From Histomonas meleagridis 2922-C6/04-290x (Eukaryota; Protista; Parabasalia), in NCBI GenBank assembly GCA_020184695.1, contig JAANOX010000126.1, forward strand, positions 558,001 through 622,000: a DNA stretch of 64,000 nucleotides, read 5' to 3'. The notes below the pieces were generated by a model that saw nothing but the letters and a program-made list of their open reading frames with translations, was not told the origin of the DNA and did no database searches. Positions 43,001 through 54,959 of the stretch are shown in pieces; within the stretch, counting starts at the first letter, position 1, and each line of letters starts with the position of its first letter. The position numbers and the translations under genes were made by a program.

Positions 43001-43256
43001 TCAAATTATTTAATACAGGACTTATAATTGCAACTGTTTTTGGTTACACTGAAATAGTAAAATTATTTATTGGACATAAAAAAATTAAAATCAATGAGAA
43101 AAATATATTTTAATTTTGTTTAAAATTAATTTTATAATTATAATATTTTAAAATAATATTTGGTAATGATTAAAATTGTTTAAAACAGCACTTATGATTG
43201 CATCTTCCAATGGAAATACCGCAATAGTTAATTTACTTAAGCAAAATTTAAAATGA
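40064..43256 (+). CDS. DUF3447-ankyrin gene 3, with 12 spacer-separated ankyrin blocks
   Basis: ORF 39992-41245 (first ATG 40064). Blocks start at 41299, 41466, 41636, 41806, 41959, 42129, 42332, 42505, 42675, 42845, 43015 and 43185, and the last ends TGA at 43254-56. Spacers are 83, 77, 80, 80, 63, 80, 80, 83, 80, 80, 80 and 80 nt. Confidence 0.75.
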
Positions 43257-43534
43257 ACTAATCATATTTAAAAAATATTTAAATCACACGAAGAATAAAA
43301 ATTGAAATTAAGTACTTGATATTTTTCTCCTAGGAGAAGTATGTTTGGATATTGCACATTCGTTGTTTTTGACATGTAAACAAGACTCCTTTTCATATGA
43401 GATTCTTAAGTTATATATAAAGAATTAATTTATGCTGTGAGTGGACAAAGATTAGTTTTCAACAGATTTTCTTATAAAGAAACATTACATCTTATTGCCA
43501 GAATATTTTTATTAATTATATATTAAAGAAATCT

Positions 43535-44212
43535 TTAACATATAAAACCACGTTTAGAATTGTTATTGGGAGTGTGATTAAGATTGAGATCGGGAATGGG
43601 ATCAATATTTTCTTTTTCATTTGATTTCAAAAACTTTTCTGCAATAGTTTCGAACATCGCATCAATGCCATCATTAGTTTTTGCACTCGTTTCGAAATAC
43701 TCAAGGTTTTCATCAATCGTTCGAATCTTTTCCATAACTTCATCGTGTGTGATTTCTAGTTGGAGATCGTTCATATTTCCACATAAAGCAATCATTGTGC
43801 CTTCATCTGCATTATTCTTTATTTGCCGATACCATTCTCCTATGGTATTAAACGATTCTTTCGCAAGCGGAACCGTTGGGTCGAGATTTCCGAGTGCAAA
43901 AACTATTATTATCGCTTGACAATTACGATAAAAATTTTTAACGATGGATCTATATTGTTCTTGTCCTGCTGTGTCACGTACAACAACGTTGACTTGCTTT
44001 CCAAGGATGTTTAAGGTTTTATTGAATAAATCAAGTCCAACGGTCAAAGATAAGTTTTTTGTAAAACCATTTCCTGCAAAACGTAAGCTAATTGCTGTCT
44101 TGCCAACACTCGCCTCTCCTACAAGAGCTATTCTTAATTCGTTCTCTCTTGAGAGATAGCTTTGCATATGCAAAAAAATATAAACACAAAAAAAATGCCA
44201 AAATAACATCAT
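43535..44212 (-). CDS. Rab-family GTPase (copy A; likely start MQSYL)
   Basis: GEASVGKT, DTAGQEQY, ETSAK and a C-terminal Cys (GFIC). G4 reads GNMND. Confidence 0.88.
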   Translation of the reverse strand: MMLFWHFFCVYIFLHMQSYLSRENELRIALVGEASVGKTAISLRFAGNGFTKNLSLTVGLDLFNKTLNILGKQVNVVVRDTAGQEQYRSIVKNFYRNCQAIIIVFALGNLDPTVPLAKESFNTIGEWYRQIKNNADEGTMIALCGNMNDLQLEITHDEVMEKIRTIDENLEYFETSAKTNDGIDAMFETIAEKFLKSNEKENIDPIPDLNLNHTPNNNSKRGFIC

Positions 44213-44379
44213 ATCGCAGTGAAAATTAAAACGGTTTCTTAGAAAATTGGTGGTTTAAATCACAATTTCCACTTTTTGATCGCCAACAGATGAAGTACAA
44301 TTTGGACTTGCATAAAATCATGAGGAATTTATGTTTAAAAGGATGAACATTTTCATTAAATACTTATTGCAATCATAGG

Positions 44380-45000
44380 TCAACAACACCGACGATTATT
44401 ATGTTCTTCATTTTCAATGTCAATGAAATTGTTTGACTTATCTTTTTCATGTTCAATAAAACATTCGCTTTGTAGATACCTTTCTGCAATAGTTTCGAAC
44501 ATCGCATCAATGCCATCATTAGTTTTTGCACTCGTTTCGAAATACTCAAGGTTTTCATCAATCGTTCGAATCTTTTCCATAACTTCATCGTGTGTGATTT
44601 CTAGTTGGAGATCGTTCATATTTCCACATAAAACAATTATTGTGCCTTCGTCTGCATTATTCTTTATTTGTCTATACCATTCTCCTATGGAATTAAACGA
44701 TTCTTTTGCAAGTGGAACCGTTGGGTTAAGATTTCCAAGTGCAAAAACTATTATTATCACTTGACAATTACGATAATAAAGTTTGATAATAGATCTATAT
44801 TGTTCTTGTCCTGCTGTATCACGCAAAGAAAATGTAATATCTTTCCCGTCAATGTTTAAGGTTTTATTGAAACTGTCAAAATGAATTGTTGAAGGGAGAT
44901 TATTATTGAAATCGTTATTAACAAAACGTAATGCTATTGCTGTTTTACCAACACAAGACTCACCTACAAGAGCTATGTTTAAATCAGCAATTTCATTCAT
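44380..45000 (-). CDS. Rab-family GTPase (copy B)
   Basis: GESCVGKT, DTAGQEQY, ETSAK and C-terminal RRCC. G4 reads GNMND. Confidence 0.88.
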   Translation of the reverse strand: MNEIADLNIALVGESCVGKTAIALRFVNNDFNNNLPSTIHFDSFNKTLNIDGKDITFSLRDTAGQEQYRSIIKLYYRNCQVIIIVFALGNLNPTVPLAKESFNSIGEWYRQIKNNADEGTIIVLCGNMNDLQLEITHDEVMEKIRTIDENLEYFETSAKTNDGIDAMFETIAERYLQSECFIEHEKDKSNNFIDIENEEHNNRRCC

Positions 45001-45547
45001 AATTAGGATTTTTGATCTAAGATTTTATAAGCAGAAAAATTAACATGACCGTTAATCCATTGTTCCACTTTTTAGAAATTAAAGTTGAATTGCTCGTTCT
45101 TGGAAAAGTTTATTATCAAAACATATGAGACAGAGTTACTAACTCTAACATTTGAAGGATATTTATGTATCAAATATTCACTAATCAAATCACTTGATAA
45201 TTTATATAAATCGACAAGAAATGTTTATTTAAATGCTATACAATAAATTTTTTATTCATACAATTTTGCTGCCGGTGTATTTTTTGACTTGAAATTCGAA
45301 AAATTACAATCCTATTTTTAATTTGTGAATTCACAAATTGTATAAATATCTTACTTACTTAAATTTCTTTTGAAATTTCATATGAAATTCCCAATATGAT
45401 TGTTGGTGAAGAAAAAGCAAAAAAACATTTTAAAAATTTGCTGTTCTAAATGCTTTTGATCTCCACCGGCGTTAGAAATTGAATTCCGATCGGAATAAAT
45501 TGAAAGAGCGCAAATTGGATACATAAACTATTCAAAAATCAAAATCA

Positions 45548-48500
45548 TTGATGTCGAAGCTTGGAAACCTTAAATTTAGGACAATTATTGATATCCTTAC
45601 AAGAGGACCTAATGCACAACAACGCAAACAGTTATTACAATTTTTAAAAAATTCAACTGAAATCAAATCAGAAATCAATAGTCTTTTCGGATATATCAAG
45701 AATGAAAAGGAATTTCAGCTTGAATATCTCCAAATAATTTGCGATCTTCTTCAAAATGAATGTAATCAATATCAATTTGAAGATGAAATAATCCAAATTT
45801 CAGGAAACATTGCACAATTTCCGGGTACCATTAATTCGTTCGAGACTTACATGAAGATTGCTTCAGCTATCCGTGGTCTTTATAATAATCTTGCAGGTGG
45901 AACCGGATTTGAAAATAGAGTTATTTCTGAAATTCATGGACCTAATGCAGATTTAGTTATATCTGTATTTAGTGAGAAGCTTCCACAGTTACGCCAAAAA
46001 TGTCTTGAAATTTTGATTCCAAAACTTATAATTGGAACCATTCAACCACAAGTTGTTATTTGTCTTGCAATTTCAATTCGTTATCTTCAACGTGATGAAT
46101 TTCCAAATGATAAAATCGATGTTGACACGGTAACTAGTATTTTAAATGAGCTTTTCACCAAAAATTCCATTTTCCATTCGCAGGCAGCCGTTTATTTCAT
46201 GACTTCACTTCACAGTTTTTATGACGACGATGAATTTTGCGGGCTTTTTACAACAACGGTTATCCAAGGAATTCAGAAGATTACACGACTTCACCGTGAA
46301 ACCGATTCTATCGTCTTTGATTTAATCAACAAATTGCCGATAGGAAATGAACATTTAACTATATCAACACAAATCACATCTTTTTTACCAAATTTATCGA
46401 CAACTATAACAAAATTTAATGATGAATTTTTAGAGAAACTTTATACATTTATTTCGACAAGAAAAGAAGATGAAGAATTTAATAAAACATTTTTAACATT
46501 AGCACAAAATCCAAATTCATATATTGGTGGAATAATGATTGGAATAAAATCGAAACTTTTTGGAAATGAAAACATTGAAAATCTTAAAAATTATTTTCCA
46601 ATTCCATTAAATGAAGGCACCGAAATCCAAATGCTTCAAAGTATTAATGAGTTAATGAAATCGGAGATAATTAATAATGAAAACATAAACATAATTTGTG
46701 ATTCTATTTTCTCAATTATCACAAATTATTCATTAATATCACGAATTGATGTAAAAGATAATTTAGAAAAATCGATTAATTATTTAATACCTGAATTTAC
46801 TAATGAGTTATTTAAATGTTATGTTAAGAACATATCAAATATTAACTCAATTGAAATAATAATATTTTTATCCAATTTCTTCGAGAATAAACTTTCACGT
46901 GATAATATAACTAATTTACTTAATGAAAGTGAATATTGTTTAGTTGTATCAATATATTTACCAATTATTATAATGAAATTAAATGATAATAAAGGAGAAC
47001 AAGAGAAATTAATTAAGTTTTTATATAATTTATCATTACATTTCGGTAACACTAAAACAGAAACGCCTAAATCGCCATATATATTTACAAATTTAGTTAA
47101 TTATTATATATGTAATATTATCATCGATAAATTCATTCAATCGAATCTTAAATTGATTGAAATGAGTCCAATTTATTTAATAAATCTTGCAGCTACACCA
47201 GGATTAACTAATGATAACAAAACGAAAATTTATAATTTAATTCAAACACTTACTGATCTTGACATATTTCCAATGTTTTATTATACACGATCATTAATAG
47301 ATCCTAATGAAACAATACGAAGTTTAACTGTATTAATGAAATCATCACGAAAACATGGATTTATCGGTATATCTAAGAAAGTACCAACACCACAATTAAT
47401 GAAATGTATATTAAATACAATAACAATTTTATTAGAGAATTCTATCATTAAATCAGATAACGATAATAAAATATTTATGGAACTTATCGAATTAGCATTA
47501 CCTAAAGATCCTAATGAATTATATAATGTTAAAAATGAAGCATGCGAAATGATATCAGCGTTATCTAAATCAACATTATCTAAACCTAAAGAAAGTTTTG
47601 TTGATTCATTAATACAAACGCCTTTATACGCCGAATATTTACCCGGACTTTTAACTAAAGTTAAATATAAAGATAATCGTTTAGAAGATGCTATAATGTC
47701 ATGGAGCAAACATTCATTTGATAATCCATTTACTGAAAGTTTAATACCGGAAATAGTTCATTCGTTATTTATGTTTTCTAATAATTCTCCAAAAACTTTA
47801 AATATTATATTAGAAAAGATTTTGCCATTACTTACAAAAGATGATCCATTAGTTGCATATAAATTTGCATTAGAAGTCTCAGAAGTATCACGGAAACAAG
47901 GAATTAAATATACAATTAATCCAACAAAACTTTTGTTAATTGTTAGTGTACAATGTTTATCATTAATTGATGAATTAAGAATTATAGCAACAACATTTTT
48001 ACTTAATATATTTGATTTGCCTTTAGTCTTTAATGAAGATTCGCCATTATATTATTATAAAAATAATCAATCGCCATCAGACACTAATAAAATATTTTAT
48101 TCTTTGTTCACATTAATATTAACTAAAATTAATCCTCAAATATCAGTCGAATTATTTACAAAAATCATTCAAGAAGGGCATTTAGTAAAGAATGAAGTAT
48201 TAATCATTAGAATAATCTTGTCTCATCATAATAAAGAACTTACAAAAACTTCAAATTCGCCTTTGATTAAATTGATTTCTTCAAAAACACAAAAATTCGA
48301 TCCAATTATATTACAACAAGTTCAAAACGCAATTTTGAATTTCGCTAAAGATCAATCATTTGAATTCATACATCTTTTGTTTTTGATTCCGTTGAATGAA
48401 TTAATTTTAAGTTGCTTCAGTAGATTAATACAAAAGGAACAACAAATGAAATTGTTTTTAGTTGATTACATTAAATTCATTTCTGGAATTTCTGAAACTA

Positions 48501-49693
48501 CAAATATCGATACAAGAAATGCTAGTTTTAAATTGATTAGTCATTTAGTTTCAATGAATACTAATCAAGATTTCACTGGTTCTTTACTTACAATATTATT
48601 ATTATGGTTTGGAATTCTTTATGAACAAAATCAATCAAGTAAAAACAAAGATTTATACAATAACGAACTCAAAGAAATTTCAAATAACTTTTCACAACTT
48701 GTAAAATGTAAACCAATTAACTTTTCAATAGCCACATTTGAATCGTTTATTTCTACAATTCAATTGATTTCAAACGAGGTTCTCAAAATTGAGGACTCTC
48801 AATTCAGAACATTTTTACAGAACTTTACAATAGTCTTAACGGTCCCCACGATTTCTACAATTAATATAACTGGTATTTTATTTATGTATTTATATATATC
48901 ATTTTGTACTTATACATCACCATCATCATCATCTATTCGATCAAACATTAGTAGTATTATATCAAGATGTTTTACAATTAAAAACAATTTAATCATTCGA
49001 AAACTTTCATATACATTTAATATCTGTATAACATTAAATAGTTATAAATTAATACCAATAAATGAACAAGAACATATTTATCAAGGAATATTAGAATCGA
49101 TTTGTGATAAGTCAATTGATTTATATCGTAATGAATGTTCAGATTTGTTTTGTTGGATAATATTAAACATCGATATCTCGATAGTTAACAAATATATGGA
49201 ACAAGAAATTGTTGCAATGAATATAATATTTAATTCCACGCCAATTAAGAAGCAAAAACTTGAAACTGTTTTATATTTGGTTAAAAACAAAATCCAAATT
49301 ATTAATAATTCTTCAAAGAATTCGAAGTTATCATATTCGGAATTAATGTTAATATGTTTACGTGCACGCGAAGACTTACAAGAAGTTGCATACGAAATAT
49401 TAAAATATGTTTTTAGCGAAGAAAATTTGGGAATTGTGACGAGCAAAATTATTAAAATGTTGGAAAAAGACGAAATTAAATTCATGTTAAAGAAATTGTT
49501 AAACGAATTACAAATTAAATTCATTGATAATAAGTTCTTCATTTGCTTAATGGAAATTGCAAAGGATTTGAATAAGGAAATAGAGAACTACAACGAGTTC
49601 TTCGTAGGTTACTTTAGGATTTGCGCTGAAATTGCGATGGATAAGAAGCACCAGTGCAACGAAATGGCCGTAAAGGCGTTGGGGCAATTATAG
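45548..49693 (+). CDS. Large HEAT/ARM-like hypothetical protein
   Basis: 1381-aa uninterrupted ORF, L/I-rich and helical. No family recognised. Confidence 0.7.
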   Translation: MMSKLGNLKFRTIIDILTRGPNAQQRKQLLQFLKNSTEIKSEINSLFGYIKNEKEFQLEYLQIICDLLQNECNQYQFEDEIIQISGNIAQFPGTINSFETYMKIASAIRGLYNNLAGGTGFENRVISEIHGPNADLVISVFSEKLPQLRQKCLEILIPKLIIGTIQPQVVICLAISIRYLQRDEFPNDKIDVDTVTSILNELFTKNSIFHSQAAVYFMTSLHSFYDDDEFCGLFTTTVIQGIQKITRLHRETDSIVFDLINKLPIGNEHLTISTQITSFLPNLSTTITKFNDEFLEKLYTFISTRKEDEEFNKTFLTLAQNPNSYIGGIMIGIKSKLFGNENIENLKNYFPIPLNEGTEIQMLQSINELMKSEIINNENINIICDSIFSIITNYSLISRIDVKDNLEKSINYLIPEFTNELFKCYVKNISNINSIEIIIFLSNFFENKLSRDNITNLLNESEYCLVVSIYLPIIIMKLNDNKGEQEKLIKFLYNLSLHFGNTKTETPKSPYIFTNLVNYYICNIIIDKFIQSNLKLIEMSPIYLINLAATPGLTNDNKTKIYNLIQTLTDLDIFPMFYYTRSLIDPNETIRSLTVLMKSSRKHGFIGISKKVPTPQLMKCILNTITILLENSIIKSDNDNKIFMELIELALPKDPNELYNVKNEACEMISALSKSTLSKPKESFVDSLIQTPLYAEYLPGLLTKVKYKDNRLEDAIMSWSKHSFDNPFTESLIPEIVHSLFMFSNNSPKTLNIILEKILPLLTKDDPLVAYKFALEVSEVSRKQGIKYTINPTKLLLIVSVQCLSLIDELRIIATTFLLNIFDLPLVFNEDSPLYYYKNNQSPSDTNKIFYSLFTLILTKINPQISVELFTKIIQEGHLVKNEVLIIRIILSHHNKELTKTSNSPLIKLISSKTQKFDPIILQQVQNAILNFAKDQSFEFIHLLFLIPLNELILSCFSRLIQKEQQMKLFLVDYIKFISGISETTNIDTRNASFKLISHLVSMNTNQDFTGSLLTILLLWFGILYEQNQSSKNKDLYNNELKEISNNFSQLVKCKPINFSIATFESFISTIQLISNEVLKIEDSQFRTFLQNFTIVLTVPTISTINITGILFMYLYISFCTYTSPSSSSIRSNISSIISRCFTIKNNLIIRKLSYTFNICITLNSYKLIPINEQEHIYQGILESICDKSIDLYRNECSDLFCWIILNIDISIVNKYMEQEIVAMNIIFNSTPIKKQKLETVLYLVKNKIQIINNSSKNSKLSYSELMLICLRAREDLQEVAYEILKYVFSEENLGIVTSKIIKMLEKDEIKFMLKKLLNELQIKFIDNKFFICLMEIAKDLNKEIENYNEFFVGYFRICAEIAMDKKHQCNEMAVKALGQL

Positions 49694-50134
49694 TAAGTAA
49701 AAATTTGATTTTGTGAAAGCGTTTTCTCATTAACCAGAATAAAATGTCCAAAACATTAAAACTTTTTGCTTTCTGTGTGTCTGACCTCCTCCTTGGTGTA
49801 GACGAGATGTTGCCATTCTCTGGCAAATGGAGATTATTGATCATTACGTTTTGGGTGAAACCAAGGGCTAAATTAAGGTTCGTTTTTGCATAAGTTAGAG
49901 TTGACAACTAAGAAAGAATGATTTTTTATAAAATTTCAGATATTGAATGTCACTTTTTCTTGACAGAGACCTCGTTCAAAAACCGTTTGGCTATGTGTAA
50001 AGCAATCAAAAAACGGTGGGAAATGGGTTATTTGAATGGCAATTCAATTTACAATTCAAACTTGACTGTAACAAACAACTGTCAGCGAACCCATCAGAAA
50101 AAATTCTCAATTCAAATTTTGAATAATGTAATCA

Positions 50135-51301
50135 ATGGGTTTTTTGGTTCACATGATTTTTGTTTTACTTTGCGCTCTTACTTACCAAAACCATTTCTTC
50201 TCTGAAAATAGTACACTAATTGTCAACGATGCTTCAAGTTATTCAATATATAAAACAAGTACTAAATATCTTTACATATATGGAATCTCAAGTTTGGCCA
50301 ATGATGCATTCCGACGTTGAGAATCTTTGATAACAGTTTATATAGGTGATGGAATCACAAAAATAGGTGATTATGCCTTTGATAGATGTACTTCATTAAC
50401 CCAAGTCACAATTAGAGCAAGAGTACAAACTTTTGGAAAATATGTTTTTAGACGTAACTTCGTTTTAGAAAACATATCAATTCCAAATTCTGTCACTTAT
50501 TTTGATAAGAGCGTTTTTTCTTATTGCCAAAAATTAAAAAATATTGAACTTTTAGGTTCTTACACAATTCTTGGAATTGATTTTTTTTATTATTGCACAG
50601 GGTTAATAAGTGTTACACTTTCAAATTCTCTTACTACTATTGGAGCAAGTGCATTTAGTTATTGTTCAAGTTTAAGAAGTATTACAATTCCAAGTGGGGT
50701 CACTTCTATCGGATCCAATGCATTTAGTGGTTGCAAGTCTCTAAAATGTATTTACTTTTATGGAAGAAAAGAACCAACATATGAAGATAATTCTTTTTCT
50801 GGTGCTAATACTACGTTTGTAATGACTGGTTCATCATATTCATCTTCAATATTTTGCGGTCTAACTGCAGTCAAAGGAACAGTAATTGATGAATGTCTTC
50901 CCGCAACACAAACATTTACAAGATCAAATACATTTACTAAATCATATGATGTTGGTGAATCTACTGACATAGCTATAGAATCTTTTACACGCTCTTATTC
51001 CCTGACTCAAAGAGTGGTTGTAAATTCGTTTATTTCTCGTACATATTCTCTTACAGGTGAAAACGCACGCACAACATACTTAGAGTATTTATCCACATAT
51101 TACGAATCTAAAGTCGAACAATATTATTCTCTTTTCGATATTAACCATAATGATGGAACAGGAGATGATGACAATACTAAAATTTATATTATTGTGGGCG
51201 TTGTTGCTGCGGTCGTTGTGATTGCAATTGTGGCTGTTATATTGTTTTTGGTCATTCGAAAACGAAATCACAAAGAAATGTCTTCTACAAGTTCTGTCTG
51301 A
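50135..51301 (+). pseudogene. BspA-like LRR surface protein interrupted by one in-frame TGA (50318-20)
   Basis: Hydrophobic N-terminus, ...LANDAFRR*ESLITVYIGDG continuing in the same frame into TpLRR repeats (TTIGASAFSYCSSLRSITIP), an S/T stalk and a TM segment. Confidence 0.75.
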
Positions 51302-51546
51302 GAATGACGTATGAATAAATAACTTTATTGAAAATATATATTTGCAAAAACTTTTTTAATTTGCTGACATGAAAAATATAATGAAAATTTGATCGAATGA
51401 AAAAGCTGTATAAATCTTATAGTAAATTTATCAAAATGTCTTCATACATATATATGAAAGAAGGGATTATCAAATTAATAACGAAATCTCTCTATAAAAT
51501 TTAATTTAAAGAAGAAAATTAAATTGTGTCTTTATTGATATTTATA

Positions 51547-53433
51547 TTAAATTTGTTCAATAAATTTTTCTTCTATAAAATCTTCAGCAAATGGATCTTC
51601 TTCAATATTTATGTTACTTATTCCAGTAGTAAATGTATTCGTCGTTTCGTTTTCATTTTGTTCTGATTTGTCATTTTCATAAATTTCTTCTTTTTTATTT
51701 CGAATATGTTTCAATAATATAATTAATAATATGATAATAACTATTACTATAACAATTACACAAACAGAAATGATGATAATCGTTGTTTTATTATCGTTAT
51801 TTTGATTATCATTATTATCAGTGTAAAACATTGTAAAGAAATTGGAATAATAATTATAATAAGTCGAATAAATAACAATCGTATAATTGTAATAAATAAA
51901 TTCTGTTTCAATATATGAAAATGTCGAATTATTTATATATAATGAAAATGTTTTCGTTTTTGTTTCATAAATAGTTAATGAATGTGTAATTGATAATGAA
52001 ATTGTTAATGTATATGAAAATGAAACTGAAATATCACTTTGAAGTGATGCAGTAAATGTATATGATTTAGAAAATGTAATTGATTGACTAAATGAATATA
52101 ATTTTGAAAATGAAATTAAATCTGACTGTGCATATGAATTTGATCTTGTAAATGTATTCGACTGACTAAATGAATGTGTTGGAAGTGGTTCGCATATTCC
52201 TTCTGCGTTTTCTTTGGCAACATCTAAATGTCCAAATTTACTTCCGACGTATGTTGGATATGTGATAACACTTGTTAAAACATTATAAAATGCACCTTCA
52301 CCAATATTTGGTTCTGAATCTCCATAATAATAAATACATCGAAGATTATAACAATTCCCAAATGCTGAACTTCCAATTTCTCTGATTCCATATCCAAGTG
52401 TTAATAAAGTTAAATTAGAACATAATGCAAATGATGAAATTCCAATTGTTGTAACTGAATTTGGTATCGTAATGTTTTTGATTGTTGAACAAAATGAAAA
52501 TGCTCCACCACCAATTGTTGTAACATTTCCTCCAAAAATTATCGTTTCTAAATTAAAACATGACGAAAACACTGAACCTTCAATATTTGATACTGAGTCA
52601 CCAAAATTCACTAAAACAACTGAAGACCATTCTGAAAATGAACCACTTGGAATTGAATAAATATTTTCATTGATAATTATAAATTTCGCTATATTTTGAT
52701 ATTGTCCAATTTCACTAAATTCATTTGAATTTATAATTGAAAGTGTTAAATTATCATAGTTAAATATTTGATAAGAATTCATGAAAAACATAACAAAAAT
52801 TAAAATATTTTCTTGTTTTTTCTTTTCTTTTACTTTCAATATATATTTGGTCGTTAGTATTTTCTGAACTGAAATTGTGTTTTTCTGATAAAATTTGATA
52901 TGAATAACCGAAAATATCATTGAAAAAATGACAGTTAAATGAAGTAAAACATTCAAAATATTTGGTCCTTCTTCGTTGTCGTTTCGCATCATCGAAAAAT
53001 GTAAAAATTCACGTTTTATGGAAGATGTATCTTCATAAGATCTGTTCAAGGTTTCATCAAATATGCCATTTTTGACAAATATATTGATTTCAAAGTCTAT
53101 CTTCAAAATGTTCGAAAAATATGTTCTATGAAATTTTTGTTTGTTATTAAAATCATGATGTACAATTGATGTAGATTCATTATTTGGTATCAAATTTAAA
53201 AATAATTCATTGATAAACAAAACTTTATAATTATTGTTAAATCTTTTAAATTTTTTGAGCATAATTTCATTGATTGAAACTTCTCCATCACATTGGTAAG
53301 TCAGTCCTTCCTTGCTTTTACCTTTTTGTATTTGTAAGATTTCTTTTTGAACAGTATAAGGTGTAATAAGCTTTGTGTCAGTTTTAAATCGTTTCATCAT
53401 GATCAAAATGCTGAACAAAAGAAAGGTTATCAT
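51547..53433 (-). CDS. BspA-like LRR surface protein (true start probably near 52790)
   Basis: TpLRR repeats (IGGGAFSFCSTIKNITIPNSV), S/T stalk, TM and acidic EEDPF tail. The first ~210 codons are unrelated to BspA. Confidence 0.8.
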   Translation of the reverse strand: MITFLLFSILIMMKRFKTDTKLITPYTVQKEILQIQKGKSKEGLTYQCDGEVSINEIMLKKFKRFNNNYKVLFINELFLNLIPNNESTSIVHHDFNNKQKFHRTYFSNILKIDFEINIFVKNGIFDETLNRSYEDTSSIKREFLHFSMMRNDNEEGPNILNVLLHLTVIFSMIFSVIHIKFYQKNTISVQKILTTKYILKVKEKKKQENILIFVMFFMNSYQIFNYDNLTLSIINSNEFSEIGQYQNIAKFIIINENIYSIPSGSFSEWSSVVLVNFGDSVSNIEGSVFSSCFNLETIIFGGNVTTIGGGAFSFCSTIKNITIPNSVTTIGISSFALCSNLTLLTLGYGIREIGSSAFGNCYNLRCIYYYGDSEPNIGEGAFYNVLTSVITYPTYVGSKFGHLDVAKENAEGICEPLPTHSFSQSNTFTRSNSYAQSDLISFSKLYSFSQSITFSKSYTFTASLQSDISVSFSYTLTISLSITHSLTIYETKTKTFSLYINNSTFSYIETEFIYYNYTIVIYSTYYNYYSNFFTMFYTDNNDNQNNDNKTTIIIISVCVIVIVIVIIILLIILLKHIRNKKEEIYENDKSEQNENETTNTFTTGISNINIEEDPFAEDFIEEKFIEQI

Positions 53434-54176
53434 GTTTCAGCTTGTAATATGCTTATAGACCTTCACCAATTATACATCGGCTTTCTCAAAAGTTTAAAAT
53501 CTCACGGTTAAACTTTAAAAAACCTGTTGTTGAATTGTGGTCTTTCAAATCACTCCTGAAATATTTCTATCGATTTTTTAAGACAACAATCAAAGAAACA
53601 GCTTTATAACATTATAATTTCACTTTTAAATAACTCAATGAATATATGTTATAGAATCGATTTTAAGCTTTAATTTGATATGCTGTTCATTCATTTTAAA
53701 CGTTTTCATCATCATGAAATTTAATCTTTTTTTATAGCATTGGAAATTCTTCGATTATTTAATTATAAGTTTCTTATTTTATTCTAAATAAACATAAAAT
53801 AAGAAGATCTTTATGTACAAAATCCTTTTCAGTGTATTTTTAATTTGAAATATATTTTTTGCTTTTATAAATAATGAATTCAAGTAAAGTTTGTTCCATT
53901 GCATTCAGAAAAGTGCCAACATTTAATGTAAATGTAATCATAATTTAAAATCATTGATCATTGTTCAACAATATTTATTTTGTTATATTTAAAGTCAGTA
54001 ATAATAGTTATACATCTTTAAAATTCAAAATTTCTTATTAAAATGAAATAATTGCAAACATAAAATGTCAAAATGACTCATCATTAATATGACTTCATTT
54101 TATTTTATATAACAACAAAATAATTTTATATTTGTTTATAAAAATTAAAATTAATAATTTTTATTACACATTTTAT

Positions 54177-54886
54177 TCATAGCCAATTGTCTTCATCTTC
54201 TTTCACAATATCTTCAACTAAACTATTTACTTCTTCGATTTGCTTTGTACTTGATGTCGTCGTGTCATTATATTGTAACTTTGATTTCGATTTTTCTTTC
54301 TTGTTATTACTTTTCACTAAAAATATAACAATTCCAACAATGATCAAAACAAATGCAAATGATCCGCAAATAATTCCAATCAAAACATTTGTCGTAATTT
54401 CATTTGGTGAATTTTCGTCGGAAGTATGAAACATTGTAAAGAAATTGGAATAATAATTATAATAAGTCGAATAAATAACAATCGTATAATTGTAATAAAT
54501 AAATTCTGTTTCAATATATGAAAATGTCGAATTATTGATATATAATGAAAATGTTTTCGTTTTTGTTTCATAAATAGTTAATGAATGTGTAATTGATAAT
54601 GTAATTGTTAATGTATATGAAAACGATAATGTAATATCACTTTGAAGTGATGCAGTAAATGTATTCGATTGACTAAATGAATGTATTGGAATTGGTTCGC
54701 ATATTCCTTCTGAGTTTTCTTTGTCAACATCTAATTGTCCAAATTTATTCTCTATATATATTGGATATGTGATAACACTTGTAAAAACATTAAAAAATGC
54801 ATTTTTGTCAATATTTGGTTCTAAATCTCCATAATAATAAATACATCGAAGATTATAACAATTCCCAAATGCTGAATTTCCAATTT
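54177..54886 (-). pseudogene. 5'-truncated paralog of the 51547-53433 BspA gene
   Basis: 54428-54886 closely matches about 51826-52376 except for a 96-nt in-frame deletion. It has a different TM and tail, and no start codon or signal peptide. Confidence 0.75.
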
Positions 54887-54959
54887 AGAAGAAGTTAAGT
54901 TAGGAACCAATATTCATAGCAATGGAAAATTTGCATTTTATTATTGTTCGTCATTCAGT

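Noticed and set aside
49614-50205. Short ORFs between the HEAT-like gene and BspA
   Set aside because: They overlap neighbouring genes and have no motifs.
50318-50320. Genome-wide stop-codon reassignment
   Set aside because: Long conserved genes here have no in-frame stops and end with TAA or TGA. Reassignment would not fix the 3n+2 spacer frameshifts.
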